Source: Octopus vulgaris (lineage: Eukaryota). Taken from it: a DNA stretch of 64,000 bases. The position numbers and the translations under genes were made by a program. The DNA is taken from the NCBI GenBank assembly GCA_951406725.2, contig OX597818.1:119226001-119290000 (forward strand). The letters are read 5' to 3'. Under the pieces are notes generated by a model. That model saw nothing but the letters and a program-made list of their open reading frames with translations. It searched no databases and was not told where the DNA came from. This document shows, one piece after another, positions 1 through 11,649 of this stretch; the stretch's first letter is position 1; each line of letters opens with the position of its first letter.

Positions 1-11
1 CTTCGACTTTG

Positions 12-374
12 GTATGTATGTATATGTGTATGCATGTATTATATATATATGTATGCATGTATGTATATATGTATGTATGCATTATGTATTTATGTGTTAT
101 GTATGTATGTATGTATGTATTATGTATATATGTATGCATGTATGTATATATGTATGTATGTATTATGTATTTATGTGTTATGTATGTATGTATGTATTAT
201 GTATATATGTATGTATGCATGCATGTATGTATATATGTATGTATGCATGCATGTATGTATGTATGCATGTATGTATATATGTATGCATGTATTTATGTAT
301 GTATGTATGCATGTATGTATGTGTGAGGATATATATGTATGCATGTATGTATGCATGTATGTATATATGCATGC

Positions 375-407
<33 letters not shown>

Positions 408-437
408 TGTATGTATGTATGTATGTATGTATGCATG
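12..437. repeat. Degenerate (TATG)/(TGCA) microsatellite with an ~80-bp higher-order duplication
   Basis: Tandem tatg/tgca units; the block gtattat..gtatttatgtgttatg recurs at ~36 and ~117. Source of the spurious YVCM ORFs. Confidence 0.95.
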
Positions 438-1089
438 TAAGCAGTGATTCGAAATAAACAATTTTTAGTTCTCACATGATAATGACGTGTTTTAACTTCT
501 AATAATGGACATTGTACAACTTTAGCATAAGTGAGAATGTTATCCATGTTAAACTGCATCAAAATTGCATTCTGATGTTGAATTATGTCTCAAACTTTAA
601 TTAATTAATCTAATATATTTTGTACATGCGTGGGCGTTTTCGAGTTTGTTTGTGTGTGTGTGTGCGCGCGCGTCCTTTCATGTGTATGTGTGAAGTATAA
701 AGTTTTATATAAATATTTCTTGGTAAAATTTTCAATGTTACTAAAACTTTTTCTAACATTAAAACATACTAATTTTATAAAAATGTTTCGAAGAAGCAGA
801 TTAACACAGAGCTGATGGAACGAAGTTTGTGTTCCCAGCCTTTACATATGTGTTATAAAGTAATCCATATAAAAGAACTTTTTTCAATACGGATTACTTC
901 TACGACGTGTGCTTGAAAAGCTGAAAACAGCGAAACGCGCACTTACAGAGAAATCTTCCTTGCATCAACAATGCATTAATCTGCTACTTTTAAAAGAATT
1001 TTTTAAATGAATTTCTTTTCAGTGTAGGAAGTTTCTTTTATCTTTTTAATAAACGCACACATCCAAACATACATATGTGTGTGGGAGTA

Positions 1090-1570
<481 letters not shown>

Positions 1571-1800
1571 TTATTGATTGATTGATTGTCTGTGAACCTC
1601 AGGTTAAATAATTTATGATATTCTTAAATAACTGAACTTGCAATACAAAATAATGTATTTGGGGGCAACCTGAAATTAGATAATGTCTTTTATTTCGATT
1701 TTTGATGTAAAACAAACCCAGTGAAGGTTTAAGTGTACCATTACTTAGAAAATTACTAATTGTAAATCTCACAACGAGAGATATTCAGCAAGAGTACTTT

Positions 1801-2121
1801 GGAGTAAAGATTATTTGCCAACGTAACATGACAGTCCTGGTTTAAGACGAATGATGCTGTAATTTAGCCCCAGGAGATATCTTCTCCAGCTGGCACTATC
1901 TGTGTCCTTATATTTTCGAATAAGGGAATCTACCACACCCACTCAGCTCAAAACAATATCTGTGTATCGCGATTTCCGGGTTATTTCCCTTCATCAGCAT
2001 ATATAAGGACACAGATCGTGTCTTATAGCCAGCTGGAGACAATGTCTCCTGGGGCTAAATTACAGCAGCATTCGTCCTAAACCAGCACTGCCATATTATG
2101 TTGGCAAGTAATCTTTGTTCC
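1801..2121. repeat. Long imperfect inverted repeat (fold-back), probable Penelope-like terminal remnant
   Basis: Arm 1801-1913 (ggagtaaagattatttgccaac...ccttatat) is the reverse complement of 2001-2121; the spacer holds a hammerhead-like core. A further copy of the arm lies at ~3729-3800. Confidence 0.85.
1957..2000 (-). ncRNA. Hammerhead-ribozyme-like motif (stem I interrupted)
   Basis: Minus strand reads CTGATGA-A-GGG aaataa CCC-G-GAAA-TCGCGA-TA; palindromic stem III ATCGCGAT. Confidence 0.55.
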
Positions 2122-2469
2122 GTACCATTAGCTGTACGTTTGATCAGAATATACTTAATATGATTAAATTGTAAGAGTCATTTCTTTCTCTCATTGCTCC
2201 TAACCGTGTTACCGAGATGCTACACAATTATCAATGTTAAATCGAAGTAAGATAAATTATATTTGAACTTTGAGGAGAACCGGTTTCTGGGTTGTACTTT
2301 ATAGTTTCCAGAATGCAAGGGTGCTGGATTTCTCGTGCAAAGGTGTCAAACTCTTTGTCTATAATGGAAAGGAATTTTCATATTTTATGGGACTGTAGTA
2401 GAATATTAATACGATTACAAATTTTATTTCTCATTATCTCTGAGCTAACTAGATATGATTAATAGAAAT

Positions 2470-2655
2470 CTGTCGATTACGATGATGAGGGTTCCGGTTG
2501 ATCTGATGAACGGAATAGGCTTCTCGTAAACGCAGTCTTTGGACTGAAGTAGGCTGGAGAGTATATCAGCCGAAACGTTGCGTTAACAACAAACAATATG
2601 AGAACAAATATCTGTCGAATGTAAATAATGTAAATAATATAAATAATGTAAATAA
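2470..2655. mobile_element. Composite repeat: SINE-tail fragment plus PLE-like end with a degenerate hammerhead motif
   Basis: 2470-2530 resembles 19915-19980; 2544-2584 reads CTGAAGT-A-GGCTG..CAGCC-GAAA-CG ttg CG-TT; ends in tgtaaataa repeats. Confidence 0.5.
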
Positions 2656-3531
2656 GTATTTGACTAGATTCATACTTGCTACAGATGTTTTTTGCTTTTA
2701 CTGATCAACAAATAATTACATTCTATGTTCAACTGTACTTCTTGTAGTTCAGGCCTCTTAATCCTTTCTTTTGTTCAACAGCAAACGTTTTTCTAACAGT
2801 GCAGACAAATTCTCATAAGAAGAGGCACTTTTAATTTTTAATTTTTATTTTTTATTTTTATCTAAATTTAAATTTAAATTTTTTATTTTTTATTTTTTAT
2901 TCTTCGTTTGCCGTTCTTATAATATGTCCACACGTGGATCCAGAAACATTCCAAATCGATTTTTTAACAATTACATTCGGAAGATATTGCCATATTATTT
3001 CAAGGCATATTAAAAATAAAAATGTAACATCAAAATATAAATTATCCATTGCAGTTGTAACTGGAATTATTAAGACACATTATTATTAAAAATTTGATGT
3101 GAAAATCCTTTGACAAGAAAACCAAAAGTACACCACTTGACATTTCAGATCTCTTTTCAAGCATAATATTGGAAAGGACAATCTAAAACAAGACTACCAT
3201 CTCTATTTTCTGCTTGAATTTCGATTTGTACTCTACCTTAACTGCGTCCTTAGTCATTATAAATGAAACAAAATATGAAGTATCTCAAAATTTTGATCTT
3301 CATCATGAAACACAAAAGGCAACTTTGTATAAGAAGTTGTTTTTTTTCGCTTAAAGCTGTTATCTAAAACATGTGGTGAGAGGACAACATCGGTTAGGGC
3401 GGACAACCGGTTTCAATTCCCGTGTATATTACACATTTACGGATAAATAAAAATTTGTTTACCCACTTCCCTTGTAAAAATGTGTATATAAGTATATGTA
3501 CATCTAGATATATATCTATATATCTATCTAC

Positions 3532-3532
<1 letters not shown>

Positions 3533-3604
<72 letters not shown>
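3533..3604. repeat. (GATA)n microsatellite
   Basis: Visible tandem array. Confidence 0.97.
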
Positions 3605-3859
3605 CAAATGTATATATATTTTTGAATATGTATTGCCGTACGCCGAAGACAGGCAAATACCTAGAAACTGCAGTCCGTGCGTGTGACTTAGGTTTACGAG
3701 AGTGGGATGACCGCCCTTTACAAATACCATAAGGGAACAGAAAGTGTGTCTAAAGCCAGCTGGAGACGATGATCTCCTGGGGCTAAAAGTTACAGTAACA
3801 CCCACCCTTAGTGGTTAGCCATATTGAGATGGATAGTATATTTTACGTTATATATATAT

Positions 3860-3992
3860 ATTGTTGTCATAAAATGGTACTCCGAGTTTCAGATAAACCA
3901 CATAGGTGGATCACCATCTTCAGCCATTCTATATAAGAAAGTCTACCCTTGTGGATTATCTGAAACCCTGGGTACTATTTTATGACAACAAT
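3860..3992. repeat. Fold-back inverted repeat adjacent to (TA)n
   Basis: attgttgtcataaaatggtac...aggtgga (3860-3910) pairs with tctaccctt...tatgacaacaat (3942-3992). Confidence 0.9.
3871..3930 (-). ncRNA. Minimal type I hammerhead ribozyme (PLE-type)
   Basis: Minus strand: AGAATGG CTGAAGA T GGTGATCCAC ctat GTGGTTTATC T GAAA CTC g GAG TA CCATTTT. 7-bp stem I, CUGANGA and GAAA cores, stem II, short stem III, GUA cleavage triplet. Confidence 0.75.
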
Positions 3993-4073
3993 TTACTGTA
4001 TATCCTGATTTTGTAATAATTAATTAAACTATCGTCTATTTATTTTCTTAAATATATAGTACTGTATATATAT

Positions 4074-4205
4074 ATTCTTTTATTCATTTACTTGTTTCAC
4101 TCATTTGAATGCGGCCATGTTCGAGCACCGCCTTTAGTCGAACAAAATTGACCCCTGGACTTTTTTCTTATAAGCCTAGTACGTATTCTATTGTTCTGTT
4201 TTGCC
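4074..4205 (-). mobile_element. SINE family A, 3' fragment
   Basis: Matches the tail of the fuller copies at 21064-21536 and 36805-37195. Confidence 0.85.
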
Positions 4206-4302
4206 TTGAATTAACCTTCAAACTTTGTATGTTTTAGAACGGATTTACAGTTTCAGATGATCTCATACGGTTATATATTTTGTAATTATATATATATATA
4301 TA

Positions 4303-7300
4303 ATTTTTTTTTTCTAGTTTCAGCTCAGAGCTGCGGCCATGCTGATGCACCGCCGTTTTGTGCTACACTGTTATTACGACGAACTTTGTCTAATATGTGG
4401 CACTTGATGAAGAATGGAGTTTGATACAGCTACTCTCATTTGCACCTCTTGCCGTGAGGTAGGTTCATCTGGGACTTTTGACAGGAAGGTGTCCAGCTTT
4501 GATTTAAAAACCGCTACATCTACTTTGTGCAAGTTCCTCAGACTCTTTGGGAGAATATTAAAAAGCTGTGGGCCCTTGAAACCCAGGCTGTTGCAGAAGC
4601 TGGTCCTGAAGCGTGATGACATTGCTGGGATCTTTGGCACTATGCAGTGTCGTCCCGTTCTAGCATTGGTGTAGCTTACAATGCCAAAACTTGGCACAAT
4701 TCCTTCCAGGATCTTCCAGACATATATCACTGCATACCTCTCCCATCTTCTCTCCATGGTGTAGAGTCTTAGCTGTTTCAACCTTTCCCAGAAGCTGAGC
4801 TGTTGCAAAGAGACGATCTTCTTTGTGAATCTTCTCTGGATTGCTTCAAGGTCCGCTGTTAATTTTACACTGGTGGGTGACCATAGCTGTGAGCAGTAAT
4901 CCAGGCGACTGAGGACGAATGTCCGCCAGAGGACCATCATGGTTTCCTTTTATCTGGTTCTGAATGTTCTTAGGATCCACCCAGCCAGTCGTCTGCATTT
5001 TGTCGCCATCCTGGTAATGTGCACTTGGAAAGAGGTATCATCACTCATGTCGATACCCAGATCCCTCACAGACTTAGGCTCTGGGATTGAAATTCCCTGT
5101 GGACCGGTGTATCCTGTAAGTTTAATATTCAGTTTTGGATGCTGGTAGCGCAGGGCCTGGACTTTTTCAGCATTAAACTGCATATTATTATCCTCAGCCC
5201 ATCTGTAGATTGAGTCCAACTCCTGCTGCAGGTGTGCAACATCGCTGGGGTTCTGTATTTTCTGCGAGACTTTCGTATCGTCTGCATAGCTGGCCAGAGT
5301 GGCTATCCGGGCATTTGAGGGCATATCTGAGAGGGCCACTATAAAAAGCAGTGGTCCCAAGACAGTGCCCTGTGGAACACCGCTCACTATCTGTGTGTTC
5401 ATAGAGGTGGCTCCATTAACCACTACTACCTGACTCCTATCTTTCAGGAAGTCATGCAACCACACTCCAAGTTTTCCAGCTATGCCGAGGTCACGTAGTT
5501 TGTGGCATATCATACCATGATGCACCTTGTCAAAAGCTTTTGCAAAATCAAGGTAGATTACGTCCACATTTGATTTGTTGAGTAACTGCCTCAACACCCA
5601 GTCATTTTCCTCAAGGAATGCGATTAGTTTCTTTCTGACTATCCGTTCCATGACTTTGCTGATGTGTGAAGTCAGAGAGATAGGCCTATAGTTTTTGGCA
5701 TCTGCTCTACTTCCCCCTTTATGTATTGGGCATATTATTCCCTCCTTCAGCTTGCTTGGCAGTTTGTCATTCGCAGGAAAGCTCTGGAAGAGAATCTTGA
5801 GGGGTTTTGCCAGGGCATTCTTATACGCTTTGAGGTGGATGGCTGGGAAACCGCCTGGATCAGCAGCTGAGTTTGTGTCCACTTCATTTATGGCTAGTAG
5901 GACATCTTTTTCGCTAATGTCAATACATTCTATTGTAACCGCCTCGCTGGTTATAGGTGAGGCGGCAAAGAAGTCCACTGGTTCGTTCACTTGTCTATGT
6001 TCCAAGGGTAAAGACCCTTTAGAACTGGTCATTCAGCATCTCACTGATCATAGTTGGACTGTCTGTGAGGGAGCCATCCTTTTGGAGGAGGGGTCCTATC
6101 TTATAGTGCACTGAGACTGTTTCTTTCGCGTAATGAAAGAAGGCCTTTGGGTTTGATTTAATGTTTTTTATAACCCAGGCTTCTTTGTCTGCTTTCTCCA
6201 TCACATAGGATTGTAGCAGCCTTTTTTCGATCTCTATCAGTGTTGTTTTTAGGCGGGACGTTTCGCTACTTTTGAGATGATGGTTGAGACGATTTGCAAC
6301 CTTCGTCCGTCGTCTCATGAGGATCTTCCTGTCTCTTGGAATCTTGCTCCTATTTGTTTTGGCCTTGTGCTCTGGGACATGTTTCTGGCATACAGCTTGC
6401 ACAGAAGACATGAAACATTCTAGTTTCATGTCAATGTCTGGTGTGGAGAGACATTCCGGCCAGTCCCCTCTGGGGATCTCTTTTTGGATCGATTTCCAAT
6501 CTGCTTTGTGGAAGTTCAGATTGGAGAGATTTCGGGTGCTTCCTTTAGGCTGTATGTCTGGTTACTTTCGGCCCAAACATAGACAGCTCTATTATGTTGT
6601 GATCCGAAACTGATGTCGGTGTCACTTTCACATCATGAATGATGTCCATATTGTTCGTGAAGCAGAGATCCAGAATGTTATTCGCCCTAGTTGGCTTGAG
6701 TACAACTTGCTCCATGAATAAGGCATTGGTGAGGTTGAGCAGGGACTCCACCTGTACTTGCTTGCAATGATTCATTCCTGAGAGTATGTGACCTTCGGGC
6801 CATTTGACGTTGGGGACGTTGAAATCACCCATAAGAAATATGGTCACGTGGTGTTCCAGATTCATGAGGATTTCTTTAAATCTTGTGAGGCAATCTTCAA
6901 ACTTGCCTATGTGATTTGGGGGCATCCGGTGGGCAATATGTATTGCATATGACTATATTATGTTGTCTTATGTATACAATTAAGGAGTCACATACCGAAT
7001 TTGAGTATGTCATCAAGACCTGGGGTGTGAGGTAATCTCGGATGTATACAGCAACTCCACCATGGCTCCTTTCCCTTCTGTCTGTTCGCAGTATGGCATA
7101 GTTTGGTATGTGTACTTCTGCGTCCTTTATATCAGGGTTGAGGTGAGTTTCCACAAGTGCTATGCATAGGGCTTGATTGCATGCAGTAAGATCTCCCAGG
7201 AAAGAAATTTTGTTTCTATTTTGATGCAACAGGCCCCCAATATTTAGTAAAAGTATTGGGGTGACGGCTGTGCTGGCGTTAGGGGAGGCCATCCCGTGTC

Positions 7301-7330
7301 TGTTGACTGTAGTGGTCTTGCATAGTGGTG
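4303..7330 (-). mobile_element. CR1-like LINE, 5'-truncated, near-complete decayed ORF2
   Basis: APE motifs (LNIGGL, ETHL, GDFN, LDLCFT, SDHN), RT motifs (NYRPISLTS, YLDFAKAFDKV, GVPQGTVLGP, YADD), CR1-type C-terminus (RLDYCSQLWSP), short 3' UTR and A-tail. Confidence 0.95.
4374..7292 (-). pseudogene. LINE ORF2 (endonuclease/reverse transcriptase), frameshifted
   Basis: Split across ORFs 6897-7454, 6545-6925, 6019-6429, 4950-6032 and 4374-4940; the QHGFR..SC segment of RT is missing. Confidence 0.9.
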
Positions 7331-7567
7331 GGCAGTGTATTATACATTTTTTTATGATGAATTGTGTCTTTCGAAAAATGTACTGAGGAAAATAATCTGG
7401 TTTCTGGTTGTCAATATCTCGAAAGTTGCCTTTCCATCGAAACCTACTATACATATATATATATATATAATAACAAAGGGTAAAATTAATTAATTAAGAA
7501 GTAATCAATAATTTCACCAAGTAGAATTTGGTATGAAAAAAGGACCATTTTACGGTAAACTTAAGTA

Positions 7568-7713
7568 ATACTTATTAATAAGGGTTCAGCAAAGATTTGC
7601 TTTACCGCATACCGAAGTTTAGAAATAGCAGCCCAAAAAGATTTTTTGGCTGCTATTTCTAAACTTCGGTATGCGGTAAAGCAAATCTTTGCTGAACCCT
7701 TATTAACAAGTAT
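7568..7713. repeat. Near-perfect ~70-bp-arm palindrome within a (TA)n-flanked insert (7470-7713)
   Basis: atacttattaataagggttcagcaaag...cagcccaaaaa / tttttggctg...cccttattaacaagtat; almost no loop. Confidence 0.95.
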
Positions 7714-7746
7714 ATATATATATATACATATACATATAAAGTCTAT

Positions 7747-7748
<2 letters not shown>

Positions 7749-7801
<53 letters not shown>
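7749..7801. repeat. (GA)n microsatellite
   Basis: Visible array. Confidence 0.97.
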
Positions 7802-7802
<1 letters not shown>

Positions 7803-9041
7803 GGCATTAAGATTACTAAGGGCATCAGTGAGCACCAGCATTACTAGAAATAAGAGTCAGAACAACTCTTGTACACGGGAAGTCTAATGGCTGACAAGAG
7901 AGACAATCTCCCTAGAGCACAGAGACAGAGCCAGATCATCGATGACATTGTATTTGTATTTGATTAATCCTCGTCAGTGACTCTAACATGGTTGTCGAAG
8001 GTTAAATCAAGCTCGTCTCGTCAGTTGTCTCTTTAAAATGTTATCATCCATATTTTAGAGGGAGCAATTTCTACATTACAGAATATTATGGATATGCATG
8101 TAGCATAATATATATATTCTGAAGTCTTCCAGCTGCATGGACTTCTATTTCTTTGGATAATTTTCATGAAATAACTAAACAAATAACTAGTTTGTCACGT
8201 TTATCGCCACTGAAACATGGCTGTTCCATGAGAACCGACGTTACTGCTTTTTTTTACCCCAGGAGGACGCCTCCTCCAGCTAGTCATTCGATGCAACCTG
8301 CACCAGATATATATTGCAAGCAGGGGAGTGAACCGCTACCATCATCCAATCTCGAGGCCACCAGACCGTTTGGTTTCGACCTCTTTGTGGCCATCCTCGG
8401 TAGTGATTACTTGTCCACTAGTGATAGCAGTAGTTCACTTCGGTCCGCAATATAGAGAAAATGAATGACACAGACATCGATCTTGCAACAAGCAAATTAC
8501 CTAATTCTTATGATCCTTAACCTTAAGAAATTCTATAAACGTTTGGTACTATTCAGTTAGAATTATGTTTCTTTTGCAGCCAGTGAATTATAGTTTATTT
8601 TGTTCTTGATTCGTACATACGAAAACTTAACAGAGGCATATAATGTTTTCATATTCATGTATTTATAACATGCAAACTGTGCTACCGCGTAATTTTTATT
8701 AAATTATATGAGTTTTCTTGTGTCTGAGTCATCTTTAATATGACGGAGATGTCTAAGAATTTTAATGCTTCCATTGTTTGTTGTGTATCAGTATTTTCGT
8801 TTTGTTTCATTTATTATTACCTTACACGAAAATACATCTCCCTCGATACACACGCACACGCACACACATATGTCGATATGTACGTGCATTATATGCGTAT
8901 ACTTTTTTTACAAATATATAAATATATATATATATATATGCATGTATATATATGTGTGTGTGTGTGTGTGTGCATACATTCATGTAAAAATATGTAAATC
9001 TACAGACGCTCACTGAAGCATACACACATGTATATGCATGT

Positions 9042-9098
<57 letters not shown>

Positions 9099-9244
9099 TA
9101 TACATATGTAATATACAAACACAATTCTGGTGGTCAGTACACTGGTATCTGTACAAAGAAAAGGATCTCAGGATCCATTTTCTATATATCAGTAGACGAC
9201 CGAAATGTCACAGACGAACACGTCACGTTGATAGTTAATATCCT

Positions 9245-9450
9245 TTTCTACTCTAGGCACAAACCCCGAAATTTTGGGGGAAGGGGCCAGTCTATTATAC
9301 TGACCCCAGTTCGCAACTAGTACTTAATTTATCGATCCCGAAATGATAAAAGTCGACCTCGGCGGAATTTGAACTCAGAACATAAAAACTGACGAAATAC
9401 CGCTAAAAATTTCGCCCCTCGTGCTAACGTCTTTGCCAGCTCGCTGCCCT
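9245..9450 (-). mobile_element. tRNA-derived SINE family B
   Basis: Reverse complement of gcgagctggca...gagttcaaattccgccgaggtcgac...gataaattaagtac; A/B-box-like head. Confidence 0.9.
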
Positions 9451-9487
9451 ACTTTGGTGATTAATATCAAGAAAGATGCCTTTTCTA

Positions 9488-9640
9488 CGCAGGCATAGAT
9501 GTGTGGCAAGAAGTTTGCTTCCCAACCACAAGGTTCGCGGGTCAGTCCTACTGTATGGCACCCTGAGCAAGTGTCTTTTATTAGAGCCTCCAGCCAAAGA
9601 AAGCATTGTGAATGGATTTGGCTGACAGAAACTGAAAGAA
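9488..9640 (+). mobile_element. SINE family A, 5' part (degenerate)
   Basis: Matches the head gtgtggtaag..tggcaccttgggcaagtgtc..ggatttgg..gaaactgaaagaa. Confidence 0.8.
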
Positions 9641-9672
9641 TACATGGACATGTTACATGGCCAATAGCGTAC

Positions 9673-9765
9673 CTGATCGGATGCCGAACCCAAAACCTCC
9701 TGGTCAACTGATGAAAGGAATAATGACAATGCCGTTGCCATCATAATACAGATAGGAATAACCAT
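9673..9765 (-). CDS. Candidate coding exon with a signal-peptide-like sequence (MVIPICIMMATALSLFLSSVDQEVLGSASDQ)
   Basis: Non-repetitive 93 nt between an acceptor-like ttgattgtagcag and a donor CAG|gtacgc; open frame with a hydrophobic N-terminus. No homology recognised. Confidence 0.35.
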
Positions 9766-10338
9766 CTGCTACAATCAACACGAGCTAAACAATTTACCAA
9801 GACCACGAGGATGATGGCAATTGACAACAGAGAAAAAGAACGAAAACAGAAAATAAACAAATCGCAAATAACATTTAATGCAACATAATGTATGGTAGTA
9901 CAATATTAGATTACTGCAATACAAAATAACTAAATTACCATTGACACATTTATTCAGACACAAACATGTCTATGAAAATGGGTGTTTGTATATGAGTTTG
10001 TATATATTATAGTGTATTTAAATGTGCCCTCCCATGTCTCTGTGCACATGTTTTATTGTATGTAATTATATTTAGGTAGGTATATTAGAGAATGTGTTTA
10101 TGTACTTTTAAATATATATTTCTAAGCATGTACCGATGCATGTACGTGTGTATTTTTGTGATAATATTCTTTATCTGTGAAAGCAAATCGTTATAAATCG
10201 GGAGAAAAAAAAACGGAATGTCACTCGACGGACAATTTTGTAGCTTGGTGTTTGCTTCATAAAAGTAATCCAGCCTCTTTCACGATTAAGGAATATGCGC
10301 GGATATTCATACCATGTATACAGAATATTTAAGAACAA

Positions 10339-10739
10339 GGCTGCGAGCTGGCAGAAACGTTAGCACGCCGGGCGAAATACTTAACAGTATTCCGTCTGCC
10401 GACACGTTCTGAATTCAAATTCCGCCAAGGTCGACTTTGCCTTTCATCCTTTCGAGGTCAATAAATTAAGTACCAGTTACGCACTGGGGGTTAATCTAAT
10501 CGACTTAATCCGTTTGTATGTCCTTGTTTGTCCTCTCTATGTTTAGTCCCTTGTGGGTAGTAAAGAAATAGGTATTTCATCTGCCGCTACGTTCTGAGTT
10601 CAAATTCCGCCGGAGTCGACTTTGCCTTTCATGCGCTCGCGGTCGATAAATTAAGTACCAATTACGCACTGGGGTCGTTGGAATCGACTTAATCTGTTTG
10701 TCCTCCCTATGTTTAGCCTCTTGTAGGCAATAAAGAAAT
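10339..10739 (+). mobile_element. SINE family B dimer with target-site duplication
   Basis: Full monomer plus a second, head-truncated monomer from ~10571; flanked by cagaatat(t/a)taagaacaa at 10321-10338 and 10740-10757. Confidence 0.92.
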
Positions 10740-10879
10740 CAGAATATATAAGAACAAATGGCGGGCTATCTACAGCCCAGATATGCAAGTTATTCTAACG
10801 ACTACATTGACAATTGTTTATATTACGTCTGAAACCTCTGTGCTTTTAAATGGGGAAGTTAAACTCCTACACCCTAGAG

Positions 10880-11100
10880 AATAATGAGTGTGGGTAGTGT
10901 TAATGTGGCTCTAGTGGTACGGAGTCTGAGAGATTCATAAAAATTAGCAAATGAAACGTTATGGTGTCTCTACATGCGACATGGAGGTGGGGTAAGGGTG
11001 AGAGTACAAGGATCTGCAACCGTCAGAGACAAATGCGGACAATAGTTTTAGTGATTGGTTAGGTGCAATATGTGTCTCCAACGCAGAAGTGATACTTGTG
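10880..11100 (+). mobile_element. Possible highly decayed RTE-like LINE remnant
   Basis: Weak APE-start-like peptides (VGSVNV; EV.W/G.KGESTR). Confidence 0.3.
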
Positions 11101-11407
11101 ATTAGGACATTCAAATGGACTGTAAATTTTGTATTTATATTTGGGAAATGAGGGAGGGTGGCTCTGAGACACTAGCTAAATTTTATTACAGGTATCAAGA
11201 TAATAAATGGGTAAAATATGAGAGATGAGTAATAAGGAAAATACAGTCTATGTAGCAGATTATTATATTACGAAGAGATATAAAAATATATGGTGAGGCT
11301 CAACCTAGCGAGTTCTTTTATAGAGCTTAGAATAAATGAAGGGCCGCTGCAATAAGTGCGTAAATCTGAGGAATGTTGAATAAAATCATAATTAACTGTT
11401 CCTCCTG

Positions 11408-11454
11408 TATTTATATATATGCAAATATATATACATGCACATACACACACCAAC

Positions 11455-11516
<62 letters not shown>

Positions 11517-11522
11517 GTATGT

Positions 11523-11566
<44 letters not shown>

Positions 11567-11606
11567 ATGTGTGAATTGTGTGCATATTTCTACGAAAGTA
11601 TACGTT

Positions 11607-11648
<42 letters not shown>
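11408..11648. repeat. (TA)n-rich compound microsatellite
   Basis: Visible arrays; similar tracts at 8915-9095, 13195-13370, 13975-14460, 15060-15420, 22870-23012, 25680-25761, 40020-40140, 58920-59212. Confidence 0.95.

Positions 11649-11649
<1 letters not shown>

Noticed and set aside
9-461. Long ORFs of YVCM/HTYI type here and IYIY, LSIY, poly-I/R/E/K ORFs elsewhere
   Set aside because: Translations of stop-free microsatellites.
947-980. Possible 34-nt minus-strand exon (INALLMQGRFL) with a gtaagt donor
   Set aside because: Poor polypyrimidine tract and no recognisable homology; chance cannot be excluded.
3400-3425. GAAACCGGTT hammerhead-like 3' half on the minus strand (also ~2277-2287)
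   Set aside because: No CUGANGA half is present.
7965-8030. CTGACGAG motifs on the minus strand (also ~27087 and ~27408)
   Set aside because: No downstream stem II plus GAAA; cannot be called hammerheads.
8153-8455. 100-aa ORF in a slightly GC-richer patch
   Set aside because: Non-ATG start and no recognisable domain; possibly retroelement UTR debris.
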